This document shows, one piece after another, positions 35,901 through 50,900 of a stretch of 64,000 nt of DNA. Position 1 is the stretch's first letter. Every line of letters starts with the position of its first letter. Made by a program: the position numbers and the translations under genes. Under the pieces are notes generated by a model that saw only the letters and a list, made by a program, of their open reading frames with translations, did no database searches and had not been told where the DNA came from. This DNA comes from Phoronis australis (taxonomy: Eukaryota > Animalia > Phoronida): contig NMRA01000343.1 of the NCBI GenBank assembly GCA_002633005.1, forward strand, positions 62,001-126,000. Reading direction: 5' to 3'.

Positions 35901-38900
35901 CTCCGTATACAGCCCATATATGGATAGAAGGCAGAGCTCTGCTTATCAGTCATCTATGAAAAGCGTTAAACGGCACTATGCTACTGTTATTTTATTAGCA
36001 ACTACAAGACTTTTAGCTCTTGTGAGATTTTAAATGTGTTCACACCATAAAAATCAGCATCAAATACCAAACAAAGTGAATTATTCTAAACACCATGTGT
36101 TGCAAACGTTTACAAAGTAACACAGTCGCAAGTGGTTGTAAGTCACACAATATTACGACTGTAAAACACAAAATGCATATTTTTGATAAAATATTTTCCA
36201 ATAGGATTCATCAAGACACTACAATGGACAAAGGGCAGCAGAATAGGAAAATATTACACACGCATTTGTCATATCCAAACCCAGGAATTTTCGTTCAAAG
36301 CCCTGGGATTGATAAAATCATGCATGAAAACGTGTCTTAAGACCCGAGGTTGCTATCCTCGCAATGGTAGCAGTTGATAACCATAGTTACAATAAGAGTG
36401 ACAATGAATGTGTTTGAGATTTATGAAAACGATTAATACAGTTACTGTATTTACATGTGTTTCGGCCTATGCGCCTACGCCCGAAACAATGTGGTTTTCA
36501 GGAAAATTTTTAGGCTCAAATGTTTTCATATATCAATTGCATGCGCCTCAACACCCTTTTAATGCGGAGACGACAAATACTTATTTTTGTGCATTTTTTC
36601 ACAAGGTTTTGTTCCTTCTATGTACTTTCACTTATCAAGTTATTGTCAAATGACATGTTGATGCTAGTTTGTCATAACATATAAGCTAAGCTTCGCTGCT
36701 CTAATATTTCAAGTCTGTTCCTTTGTTTCATTCAAATCCTTCAGATATATGTACAGCTTTGAATAAACGCACATGGGCCAAAATACGTGCAAATACGACA
36801 GGGTATTCTATTGTATGATTAGAAACAAGGTTTCCAATGACAATCAAATTGTTTGTTTTAGTGTAAATCAGGTATTATGCAAACAAATGCTGAAAAAGTA
36901 AAAAAATACATGCAAAATATTTTTAAAATGTCATGCATCAATGATTGTGTTAATTCACTACAGTGTGATATCCAAGTTAAAACTAGAACTAAAATTTAAA
37001 AAACATCTATAAAAATATACCTCTCTTTGTGGCTGGTGGTTCAAACAAATAAGACAAGGGTTAACAAGGGAAATAGGTTTCTATAGAAACAGATGATATC
37101 GGCATAGAATGAGAAAACCTGAAGTCATTCAATAAATAATATTGGTCAAATCAAAATTCTAGCAGTATATGGCTAAAGCAACACACAGAAATATTGGCAT
37201 TTGTAAGGAAACGCTCACTAAAGGGAAAAAGTTCAACAGGTAGCGAGGAAGTGATCATATGGGTTATAGTCGTTCAAAAGGGTCAAGCATTTTGAGAACC
37301 AGTTTTCTCCACTGAATAACAGGAATCAAACTGGTTCTCAAAATACGGGACCCCTGAGGCGACCATTGCTGTCTTATGAACTAATGAAGCATCTGCTAGA
37401 AGCAAATGACCCGCGTAGAGAAATTAATGTTGTACCTAACCCTCATCAAAGCCCAAGCGACTGTACAGATGCCCAATTCAAAAATAAAGCAAATGAAGAG
37501 GACAGGCCCCAAATTGCAACGTAGCAAAATTAACTGCACAATAGATATCAATGTGGTAACTGTTTAGGACAATAAATATTACAAATTTCTACTACAAAAG
37601 GGATTCAAATTTGTAAAAAAATCACTCAGTATAGTATCAGTAACTTGAAATAAATCAAAATCATTTCTAAGAAGACAAATGACATTCGGAAAGTCCAACG
37701 ACTTATGACCAATGTATGCTTTTTGCATTCAATACCTTTCTGCAGTGTTTTTAAGCAATGTCCGTTGTTGTAATTCCATATTTTCACCGCACCATCTCGG
37801 GCACCAGTTATCAGCCTGCAATAATACACAACTTAAAGGCATTGAGAATCAATAAACATAACCATTAAAGCAAGATGTCATTATAAACTAGACCTACGGT
37901 GTCTTTGTTTAACATCCGTACACACTGGCAAACTTTTTGTTAGCAAACAAACGTTTGCCAATGTGCACCCATTGCCAAGCACAGCCAAACTACTAGTTAG
38001 CTGAAGTTTGGTCATGCACATTAATTTGAAAACTGGTGTAAAAGTTGAGTTTGGTGACTAATATCGACAAAATGGCAGCCTCCGCTAGCAAAGTTTGGCA
38101 GAGTTTGCTAGTGTCCACTGATTGCCAAACTTTGAGTTTGGCCGTGTTTGCAAATAAAACAGTTCGATAGCTTGCCAGATGAGTTGCCAATAGAGTTTTC
38201 AGTGTGAACGGGCCTTTAAAATGTTCAGTGTGAACGGGCCTTTAGTATGTTCAGTTCACAAATATTTTGTCAAATGGGTAGTAACAAGGCATCAGTTCAG
38301 ATTACCGGACGATGGCAAGGAGCAATCAATCGTGCAGCAAAACAGATAAGGTATCACAGCCAGACCCGTCATAGTTAAGACTTTTGAAAAATCAACGACA
38401 TTCGTGAAATGCAGTGCAGAAAAGAGCATATCATTACATCGATGTCTCATACATATACCAAAAGCCAAGATTTTGTGCAAAATCACAATTTGCAAGAAAT
38501 AAATAAATCTCCAATTCTCAGTTGTACAGATACCTCACTGCGTTTCATGCTGTTTCGTAATAAAGAGATCCTGGGAAGGAATAAAATCATGAGTTAAAGT
38601 TTCCACACGAGCAGAGTACAAATTAGGTTTTCAAAATAATGCAACAGGAAACTGGCAACATAAAAAATTATGCAAAGTTTCCTAGTATGACTGTTTTGTT
38701 GTTTGACAGAAACCACAAAAGCTTGAGCCTGTTTTATCTAAACAAACATGACAGGTGGGTGACAACAAGTTCCAAGTTTTACAACATGAAATAGCTGAAG
38801 AACTTCAAGAAAAACATTATTCACCTATTTGGTACACCAGAAAGACAAATGTGTACAGTGAACTATATGCACTAGTCTCAAGGCAGTAGTGACACTGAGT

Positions 38901-41900
38901 CAAGAATACCTTCAACTTTGAATACTGACACAGGCCAATCTCTCCTTGTCTTACCTTCTACCAGTCGTGTCAAAATCCATACAGGTGATTTCGGAGTCAC
39001 CATGAGCATCGCCGTAGTCAAACACAGCGTTACCCGACTCAAAGTCCCAGATCTTCACCACCTGTGAACACGAGGAAGAGAAATAGGATTAATTTTAAAG
39101 AACTGGACAAACTATAAAACAATGTGCAGCATAGAAGTTTGAAAAAATATCATCAAAACATCTAGAATCCACACTCAGATTGAGAGAGAAGCTATACTCC
39201 AAGCAAAAACTAAGGACTTTCATTTGAAACATAAGTAAATGAATTAAAGTCCTAACTTTAAACAAACAGGTTGCTGAATAAAGCTTTTTGTACTTCAAAA
39301 AATGTGTTATAAATTGACCATAATTAAGGCTTCAGATAATTATTTCAAGACTTAATTTAAAAAAATCTCAGTGTTTCCCTCCAGTCATTCAAGAGCACGT
39401 CGTATAGTTTAGTTACCACAGGTTTGGGAACGTTGGTTGGTGACACTAGTGTAGTTACTTACAGAGCCATCAGAACACGTGATGACTTGTTTGAATGCTG
39501 GATTGTACTTTGCCGCATGGATGGGTTCTTTGTGAGTGATGACGATGTCGGCGTGGAGGACGGGTCTGGAAACACGAAGGATAATGAACGAGAGGCAAAT
39601 GAAATTGCAGTAATTTTGGAAAAAATTAAACTTGTTCAAGTAATCACTGCCCACAGACAGACTACGTTACTGCAAATGCTAATTATGTTTCAGCAAATAT
39701 TGTTAGACGACAGCTACACAATACAAACATGCTAACAAAGCTGGGAATCTTTCTTTAATAAAATATTGTCCTGAGAAATTTCGTCAAAGTGAAATTTCAC
39801 ATGTCCACCATACTTTGTACTAAACTGAAGTTTGGAGGAGAAGAGTGGTAGAAAACATTGATAACAAAAATTTAACATTTACCATCAATGAAAGATACTC
39901 ATTTAAGTTCTAAGAAGCTAGTACACATATGAAAGAACACATTCTCAAAATAAAAAAGGAAATTTTCAAAAATTGTAAATAAGTGCCAAAGACACTTTGA
40001 CAATTGGCGGTAGACTGAGAATTTGAGCCAGCAAAAGCAAACTTATTGAAAAATGTACATCAACTCAAAATTTGGTTCAAAATAAACAACAATTTTAGCG
40101 ACCCGTGATTATTGTCCAAGTTTTGATTTATGCCCCTTACCGTTATAAATATGGCCTCAAATTGTACCTTACTCTAATGAGAAATGATTTCTGGGCTATG
40201 GATGGACTAACGGTTAATTATTTCTTCAGACCAGAAGCTCATAAAATTTCAGGTCACGCCCCGACCTGAAACTTTACGAGTTTGGTTTGAAGAAATTACA
40301 AAAAGTTTCTGTTCTTCCCAAGGCCATCAACTGTCAGTAGGGAACAAGACAAGACCAGTTTTATGAACATAAGTGGCCTAAACCAAAACATGTTTTTTGA
40401 CAGAAAGCACAGGTAGATATAGTTGATGCAACTTTAAGCATGTGACAAATACACACCGTGTTACGATATAACAGCAACACGATATTGTTTATTTGCTGTG
40501 TCACTAGATGGCGATAGTATTTTGTGTATCATAGTAAAAGTGGAACACCACCTGAAGTTTACATGAGGAAAGGGATATTTTAAAGCAGTGGAATTTCATC
40601 ATGTTCTCTTTTCAATGTTTAGTTATCCTCATGGTGTTAAACACCATGAAATATTCACATGATTCCTGGAAATAACTGCAAACATATTGAATATTAATTC
40701 TAAATATTGTGCATTTCATATTCATTTAAGCTCTGCCATCTTGACCATCAGAATTTGAAATTTGGTCAAACAGAAGACTTTTGTGCACTCAAAATGCTAA
40801 AGAGTTCTATGTCGAATGTTTCCTGAACACTTGATACAAATCATGAGAAACTCGCAAATCATAAAACTCCTCATTACAAAGGAGTAAAAGTTTATACGAG
40901 AGAAGTTTCCAAAAACACATAATTTCAAAGACAGCAATAAGTGCGCAACGAAGATACAAGAAGAATGTAAAATAGAGAAGTTCGAAGTTCAAATTTGTGA
41001 CACAGAACAGGGCATTGGCCTAAATAATAATTACTGTTCTGAACTCATGTAAAATTCATGACCAAATAACAAGGAAGAACCAGCTTAAGGTGAAGATATA
41101 GCAAGAATTCTTCACAGTACTTATACACCACAGGAAGTGCCAGAACGGTTATTTTTGTATGCTTTCAAATGATGACCAACTTGATACCTATAATTACTGC
41201 CATTTGCTGTCAAAATTCTTATTTAGTTGGACAAAAAATAAAAACCTTGATGTATATTTTTTGTTTTCAAAATTATCATATGTCATTCACTGGATAGAAA
41301 ATATAACTGACCATGAAAAATAAAAGATTGTTTGTGAAGTCTATGCTAGTCGACCCGAAACTGTGCTATAGCGGTCAGGTACATGTTGCATCCCGAAAAT
41401 AAACCTCCATTGTAAAAAATAGAAATCAGAAACCAAGTGTTTGAAATGTTCTCTAAATTCTGGAATTTTAAAATTTTTTTTTTGATCATTTACCAGCATT
41501 TTGCACCTGTCCAGACAATAAAGATAACATAAAATGATAACAAAACCAAGATCAGTAAAACTTGCAGTCACAGAATACAGACACTTAAACCATTACTTAC
41601 TTCCAAAGACCCCTGTCATAGCTTAAGGAAAGTATGTCAATCAGTAACTAATTTAATTAACTCATTTTGCAGCAGTCTACAATACCAAGACACTTTTAAC
41701 ACTGTATCAAAACTGAAACCTCCAACAGGACCAACTTATATTTTACATAATTACACGAAATCTTGGAATTTTTCAATTAACATGTTATTTACAAACAAAT
41801 GAAATATAAGTTCAAAGCCAGAGTGCTAATTTTGTCAACAGACAGTGGCTCGAGACCACCAATAAACTTATTTTATTCACAACAAGCCTCCAGGAGAGGG

Positions 41901-44900
41901 GTTCTTCAGAAATTGGCTAAAGGTGTGCCTCCATGAGGCCAAAAAGTAGACCAATTTAAATACCTACAAAATGTGAAAAATGAAGCCCATGCCAAAACCA
42001 AAATCCATTTCAAAAAGTGACACATTTAAGTACCTAGATCAGGGAAAACCATATCCAATTCTGCAGCACATGTGGACTTTCCTATACCATGGGAGAATCC
42101 CCCAGCAACAAGACTTATTGACCAATTGCATGGCTCACTTTAAGTAAACTTTTATTTGAAATTTCTCTTGATGTGATTGGCCAATTTTTAAGTTATCTCT
42201 TGAACAAGTTAGTTTTGAGGTCCACACGGTTTGAATCCATGAAAATTGCTCAATTTCAAGAAAAAATCATTCACAACTACAGGGTTCGAAAAAAGATATT
42301 TGGAGATGAAAACTGCAACTCACTTGAGCTTGAGTGGAAGAACAGAGAGTTGATCTGTTGCTACCATGAGTGCCTTACTAACATTGGAGTAGTGGCAAGC
42401 TTGAAGTTCACCGCGAATCTTGTGACCTTTGGGTCGGACCGTCAACAGACAGTTTTGGTCTTGAATGTCCCAGATCTGCAGAATGAATCAGGTGGCATTA
42501 AAGTTGCAGTCTTGCTATCCAAGTTACGTCAAATACGATCTTAACAAAAGGTTTTGATGAACAAATGGCATTATTACACAAACGCTGATTCTCCTGTCCT
42601 CCGATTGACTGAAACACGATGTGAAAACTTTTAGCTTAAGATTGATCAACTTAGTGTGGAATATCACTTTTCATTCATGCTGCCCGGATGTCAGATGTCT
42701 CTGTTCTAGATCTGACCAATCAGATGCTACAGAAACCGTAAGCCCTGACCACGAAGTGAGCAGACGCTGAACATCAAAGAAGGCAAGAACGAACTAAATG
42801 TAATACAAGATGTAAGAGAAAAGATGCATTCAGTGGCCGTGTAATAAAAATGAATATAGAGTGGTTTTGTGGGCATATCAGGTCACATGGACCTCAGGAG
42901 GATAATATTGCCCTCAGCCTTCTGGCAAAATTGCCCCTACCGTAACTGTGACTAAAACAGCGGTGTAACGCAGATATCGAAAGCTGTTCAATTTTCCAAA
43001 AGAGTAACAATGTCCTCACAATTTTTCCAAAATTTTAACAAAACTACAAGCTTTTTCATAAAAATTTGCCATTTGTTTGAAAACTATGTGTACCCTGCAA
43101 GTGTTGAAGTCAGTTCTCACCTTAACACATTTATCCGTAGATATACTAAATATTCTATTCTCTTCTTCAGCAATAAATAAATAGAAGATGGGTGCGTTGT
43201 GGCCCCTCAACATTCCTGTGGGCTTAGACGACACATATGGATTCCACATACGAACAATTCGATCCATTCCTAAAATGGACAAACAAAATAATTGTCAATC
43301 ATTCAGAGTTATCAAGGTAGCCTATTCATTCCTCCTACCTCAGGGCTTGCAACAGTCATTCTCGTTATTAGTGTCCTTTTCTCATTAAACACACTTTATT
43401 CTTTTCTTACAATCCGTAATTCTTTTCTCAATTAAGTTCCTACAAACTCAGTTCTCTGAGTCACATGGTCACAACACATGACAGATATCAAATCCAAAAT
43501 GCGGTTCTGACGACATATATATTCAATAAGGATACGCACAAACATATGTCAACAATGAACTGACAGCAACTATTAAAGTGGAATTGGTGAAAATTCTGTG
43601 TAGGATATTTAGTCGAATGAGGGGGATAATCTGGATGAAGCGATGGAGTCCAAATCTACAGAGCAATTAACGTTATTGTACTGTTTGATAAAGTTTGCAA
43701 GAGCAATGGAGTCCTTAACAACATTATATTAATTGACTAACCTCCTGTTACAATGATGTTCTTGTCTTTAGAGTAAGCGAATGTTTTCACGCCCTTGTAG
43801 ACTCTGAACCGTGATTCGTCTGCTTCAAGACGTGGCTTGGCCACTGTGTAGGCAAAGTTCTTACCCTTGGGCACAGGCTCCTTTATGCCATCTTTTTGAT
43901 CTTTGATCTCTTTCAGTTGAGCTTCAACATGGGTGCTGCCCTGAGTGCACCCTGTAAAGGAACGACAACCTTTCATTGTCACTCAAAATTACATTTTATG
44001 TTTATCTCGGGCTCTTTTCTGGTAAACTTAACTCTGTTCTTCTGAGCACAGTTTTCTTCTCGTAATCCCCATTTCTTCTCAAGTGTCCCAGAAGAAACAA
44101 AATTGTATGTGCTTGACACTATCAAGCAAATGTTTGGTACAATGCATCAAATATGTCTAAACACTATACAAGAAATTGTTTTCATGAGAATTCCATTATG
44201 GCACATGAGAAATCAACTGTGATTAATGAAAAAGCAGAGCATTTGTGAGAAAAGAATGGTGTTAAATCCATGCTTTCTGTTTGTGAGGGAGCAATGTCAG
44301 AAATGTTTTATTACTAAAGCCCGGCAACCAAGTAGTTCAGAACAGTGCAATGCACAGGCACCAAAAACTACAAAACAGCAATGTAAAGCAGTACAGACAA
44401 TAAAGTTCACCAGTATAATTTATGTTTACGATTGTTATACTAAAAATTCCCCAAGGTTTGTAAATCACTAGTAGAAACGTTATACACCCAATTCCAGTTT
44501 TGTCACAAAACATTCAATCGCAGTCAAGATCTGATTTTACACAAATAATTGTAATTTTATTATTTGAAAACAAAAAAGCTACAATTCAATGAGCTGTAAT
44601 GGATTTTTAGTAAAAACTTACAGCAGACATCTTACGTGTGACAGCCTAAAATTTGCAGATAAAGCAGACCCAAAAAATCAACTTCAATGGCATTAAGGGT
44701 TAGCCCTTGTACGGTAAGACAAAAATAATTGCCAAAAGCGTAACCTTTTTCATTTTTTCCAAAGCTTCTAACATAGCAGTGAATGCCTACAATTTTTCAA
44801 TGATGGTACGGTACCTGTGGTATAAAATTTGGTCCAGCATGTGTTGCATGGAAAAGCCATAAAATAGTATATCACTTGCTGCCACCTAGTGTCCTAATCT

Positions 44901-47900
44901 GGTGATATTTTACAGTAACTTGTACCATAAAATAACAACTAGAAGGTATGCCAATGAGAGTTCAAGCAAGCAGACTACTTTTACAGCAAATACTTGTAAC
45001 AACAACAACAACAACAGTTTAGATGTAAAAAAATTGAATAATGGAAATAGAATCATAACACAAGAGAGGAAGATAGAGAGAGAAACAAACTTACTATTTT
45101 TTAAATCATATAAAAACATACATTGTTATATGACTAGGTGGAGAGCAAAGGCACGGGCAACAAGTAGCTGGAATGTTATGAGTCCGACTTTACGACAGTA
45201 AAAGGCATTATTTGATTTTTGTTTTTGACCAGTTAAACAGGGTGAAATGTGAGTTTAAATTCCCTACCTATAACTAAGGCTGTGTTAGCGTGATTTGAGC
45301 ATGAAATCACTTGTCGTATCTCTTCATAATACTTCAGTTCCTGGACCCAGTCTCCATGTACCTTCCAACGAATGAACTTTGTATTGGGAGAGTTGGCCAC
45401 AGCATCAAGACCGATGTTGGCAATGCCGTCAATTTTGGGCATCTTTTTCCATGTTCTATATGACAAAGAATTTCCAATAATAATTTACATCAGACGACAT
45501 TGACTCACTTCATGGTAATACTTCACACACTAGACACTAACCACTCAGAGAGGGGCACACAATTCAGTATGTGGCCCTAATGAAACAATGGCCCCTGGGT
45601 GGTCACAACAGTGGAAGTTAAAATTGTGTCAAAAAATTCACACACAAGACCCAGTTACATGAAACGGTACATTTTGTCTATGACATTGTTGACATATGGA
45701 CTAATTCACCATTTCAGTTAGTCACAGGTAAGCGAATTGTGTGCATTTTGCAATGTGAAATTCTCCATAGATGGACATCAACTATGGTTCAGCACATTTG
45801 TGGACTTTGTACAATTTTTTTCTGCCATTTTGTCTTCATCGCTGCCTCAAGTTTCAGCTTTGGTACATGCTGCGGGTAAGCTGCTAAATTCTTATTTAGT
45901 ATTTAAAATAAAATAATAGAGACCTTTTCATGCAATGACCCTCATTTAAAGACTTAATCCATGCTTATTTGCACTAAAATAAGTGGTCAGTTTTCAGATA
46001 ATAAAAAAATAAGTAAAATAGCTCAAGATAACAAAAAATTAACAGTAGCATTTATTAAATAAAGTCAACAAATGCAATGAAAATTGAAGGGATGTAATGG
46101 AGTACCGTTTGGCACTGTTTCATGCAACCGGCCACATAAACCCAGATTGTTAACATAAATAGTTGGGGGAGATGCATAACAGTTACCGAACATGGGGTTT
46201 AAAAAGGAGAATTTAGAAAATTTTAAAGTGGGCATTTTGCAGAATGAGGCATTAACCCTAAGAAATATCATAATAACAAGTGAATTTAAGTCTCCAGTGC
46301 AAGAGTTTCTGTAATTGAATGGTAATCAGTCAAAAGACGATTCCTTACCTGAGGCACTCGCCAGCAGACTTAATCACCAGGATGTTAATAACACCTTGAC
46401 TATCGCCGTACATGACGAGACATTCATCTACACCTGTCGAGCTGTAATAGAACACATAAAATAACCACACTCTCAATGACTTTCATGATAATAAGCAAAA
46501 CGAAATATACGATTCATTTTAGGAAAATAACTCTAGTTGGGTCTTAGATGTAGCCAAGATGGTCAAAAGATTGCGAATGCAGCTCTTTTTATCTATAAAA
46601 TATTTGAACTTATTTTGAATTATATCGTTATTATTCAAAATCATTACTTATCAACCATCAGCACTTTTAATGAACAGTGTGCCAGTACTGTCTAAGATAA
46701 AACAATTCATTGATTGCAACTGGGCATAAAATCTTTCAAAAAATGCGTCCCAGATATGAAAACTAAATACATTAGTTGCTACAAAATGTGTTCAGTGAAA
46801 TATTACAAAACATTTGAAGTTCAAAAGCAAAAAATTCCTTAACACTGGCAACCTCTCTCCATACTTGGAGTAAATATCCAACAGTGTCAAACAGTGTCCT
46901 GCTGAGCACACAGTATGTCTTGCTGAGCAGGCAGTATCTCCTGCTGTGACTAACAGACCATCCTACTCTGAGTGAAGTGAACCAGTGAAGCTAATTTTCA
47001 AACCAAATCAGTGGCATTTATACAAATTTAATAAGTGACAAACAGTAGTGAAGACAAGATCAAGTAAACACTGAAAAATTTTGAGTAGCAATAAATTTAT
47101 GAACTTCGTCGATGGTTATAATCGTGTAGATTAAAGGAAGATAATTCACGATCTAAAAAAATTGAAAACATTTCAGATAAAGAGAACATTTTTTAAAAGT
47201 GTCGCTACACTGATTCTGTGGTAGTGTCCCTTGGAAGAACAAATGGCCCAAAAGTGATTGAAGCAACCACAATATATTGGGCTAACTTTTTTGAAAAGAC
47301 TTACCAGTAATCCATTCTGAGAGGTACAGTTTCTAGTCCACTAATTTGACAGTATGGCTCAAATGAAGAGAGCTCATAGAACTGGATCTCACGGTCCCTG
47401 CAAAGAGTTGTATAAAAATGAATCAAACATCTGTCATCATAATTTGAAATAGCATTTGTCTTCTTTTAAGCCTATGGCCAAAGCACCCCAGGAAGAGGCA
47501 ATGCTGGCTTAGCAATCTCTAAGCTGGAAAGAGTGGGGGTAATCATCTGTCTACCTACTCCCAATTATTTGAGGAGGCAGTGCGCCCTAGTGTGATAAGT
47601 GCCGGCTTTCTTTACTCGTGGGTTAAAGTCCCACTGGGCCACACTGCTAGACCCTTAAGTCAGGTTTCTACCTCCTCAGTTCGGTTTTAACTATAAAGCA
47701 CAAAAATGGTAATTCCTGGTGATCAGTGCAATGGGCCCACATGTGTGGCTCACCCACGTCTGCTACAATGTGTACCAGACTGCCTCCAATTTTTTTTTGT
47801 AATACTCCCCAATTGTCCATGCCTGTGTATACAATATACCAGAGTAATAGTCGGATGTTAGGTGCCCGCATTTTGAGAACCAGTGAACTCCTCTGAATAA

Positions 47901-50900
47901 CTACATTCCCGTCAAACTGGTTCTCTAAATGTGGGCACATTATATCAGACTATTGCCCTGTAAATCACTGTTCAAGAATGCTATCTTGCTCCGCTTCCCA
48001 ACTTCCCAACTGCCATTCGAATGAGATCTGAAGTATCCTGCCATCTACGAAAGGCTTCCATGGAATTTGGGTGTTAGTGTGTGGAGAAAAAGAACAATAT
48101 CAATTAAATTCCCAAATTTTCTTTTACCACAAAAATCCATTTACAAGCAGTCACAAAATGTTTCCAAAAATCACTCACTTGATCACTTGTGAAAGTCACC
48201 CACAAGACAGTTACTTCACATTCCAGATAGACTTAATTAACGTATTTCTTAATTACCATATTTCTTAATACCGCCTGAATGCACTGAATTGTTTTCAAAA
48301 TGCTTGTTACTAAAAATACAATGTACAACAATTGCAACTAAAGCCCATATAGTGCAAGAAAAGCATTATATCTGAGCGCACTGAATGGAAAAGACATGCA
48401 GCTTTACACAATTTCACACAACACATTAATCACCTTGTTTTCTGTTACAAAACTAAAGAGTACTAACAACAAACTAGTCCAAACACGCAAGAAAGACAGT
48501 AAAAATTATCCGCATGGGGACAGTGAAAGTCCCAAATTCTATAAATAGGCAATATTGGCAGTCCCAAATTCAAGAATCACCGGAAAGACAGCAAAATTAC
48601 CTACTCTGTAGATTGAAAACACTGTTGGGCTGTCACATTGTCTGAAATTTGAAATATAAATAGGTAAATAAAACAACAAGAATGGATCAACTGAAATTTT
48701 CGGATATAATAACGTCCTTTGTTAACAGAAACAAAGGACGTTATTATATCCGAAAATTTCAGTTGATCCATTCTTGTTGTTTTATTTACCTATTTATATT
48801 CTACATTTCGTGAAACAATAGTATCCTTGGGAGGATCTGGATCGCCTTATTTAGTTTCAGATTTATTTTCTACGTTATTTGTCTCTGAAATTTGAGAAAT
48901 GTGGTGAATGCCAAAATCACCCTTGTCCAAAATTCCATCCCACCAAGAAATTTTCTGGGAGTTTCCATGTTCCAAATTCTTGAGACTGACCCAAACTGTA
49001 GAAGTTTTACCGTAACAAATTTGGCAATCACACAGAAGTATAAAACCAACAACAACAAATGCCTACCCCGTGCCAACAATGATCTTTGTGTACTGAGACA
49101 TGATGACAAAGTCTGTTATCCATTTGTTCTTGTTCTTGGAAAAGTTATCCATCGGCTGAAAAGCAACAGAACAGGACTTATACTTACAGTACAAGCCAAA
49201 AGTATAATCAGACAACAAGACCTGAGATCCTCCATCATGACGGCTGGACGGAGGCCGAATCAATTGTCAGTATAGTCTTCCCTCATGACCCAGAATAAAA
49301 GAGAGTTCACTGGAAAGTCAGTAAGATGTCTAAAGCAATTCTGCCAATAGAATTTTACAGTGATGAGTCCTAGTAATTATTGTCAGTCATTTTTACTGTT
49401 AACAAGATTAGCTGCAACGGGGGAAAAGGTATTTGTCTGGTTGGTTTTGTCTTGTATTGTAGATATGCAGGAGTTTCAAGTAACATCATAAACGACAATG
49501 TTTTGTCCTCAACATCAGTCCCAAGACCCCATGACCTCAGTGGTTTTAGTCCAACGCTATGTTATAAGAGCTAAAAGTCAATGTGTAGTTGAGCAATAAA
49601 GCGTATTATAACTGACAAGGTCACCAGCCTCCATTTCAGTAACTTATTCCGAATGACTGGAAGCCCTTGTTAGGAATCAACAATTTTTTATCAAATTGCA
49701 AACTTTACTGATTTATATATCGACTGGTCTGAGCCATTGTAACTTCAAGAAGTCTAACCTTCTCAACAATAATCCAGACATGCATTTTTTCATCCCTAAA
49801 ACCGACAGTGTCCTTTTAGAGCAAATTCAGTTTCAAGAAAAGTATATCACCGACCCTTTGAGAAGTAAATACTCAAACTGTCTCTAGTCATTCTGATTTT
49901 TCATAAACAAATTTTAAGCCACTGTTTAAAAGCTAATTGTTGTATATGACATTTTAGCAAAAAAATCGCGTCGGAACACTTTTCTACAGACTGGGATTAG
50001 TAGAGTTGAGCAGGGGTTTATGAAAAATCGTAGTACAAGACAGAGCTTTCTACCAACTGTGATCGCAGGTGCGGATCCGGGACCAATATCAGGAGGCCTA
50101 ACAATGGAAAGACACAAGAGGGCACTTTATATCTTTCACTACAGCAACATTAAAGAAGGTGAGCAGGGGAGAGGACCAGAGCCCAAGGATTGGCCCTGGA
50201 TCAGCACTGGGCTTAATGATTTTTCAAGGTTTTTTTACCTCCATCATAGTACTTGATAATTTTCAAGTTATAAATTTTTATGTATCAAATACTTTACACA
50301 ACCTCAGGTCAGACAGAGCATTTTATTCCACAACAGTTGTATTCTATTTCAAACAAGCGATTTGTTGTAAACCTGGCACGATGAATAGAGTTCGTAGAAA
50401 AGGAATTTACGTTAAACTGTTGTCTGAGACTGAATAGTCCTGAATGACATTGCATGCGACAGTATAATGAACACACTTTCCGCTTCACAAATCAGGAAAA
50501 AGAAGAATTGGAAAATAATTCAAATCAAATCAACTTCACTTCTGTATTGAACTCTATGTGACACTGACCTGATGTATTTTTGAGTGTGTTCACTTTTGTG
50601 GTAGTGTTTATGAGGCAAACACGTCACGTCCATTTGAACTTTCTAATCTAAGTATTACATTGGGAAGGACTACTACACACAATAGCAAACACTATTCTCT
50701 AAATTCTTTAAAAAAATAACTTAAAACTGCCATTTCCATATTTTGTATTAGTATTATATATGCTACAAATGCTGCAAAAGCATCTCTCTGTACCACAAAC
50801 GATATGTTTATTAGTACCATACTAATTAATGAAGTAAAAAAGGCCACCAGGGAGTGCAGTATAACTCAAATCCGTCTGAAACAAGACAAGTGCTTTTGTC

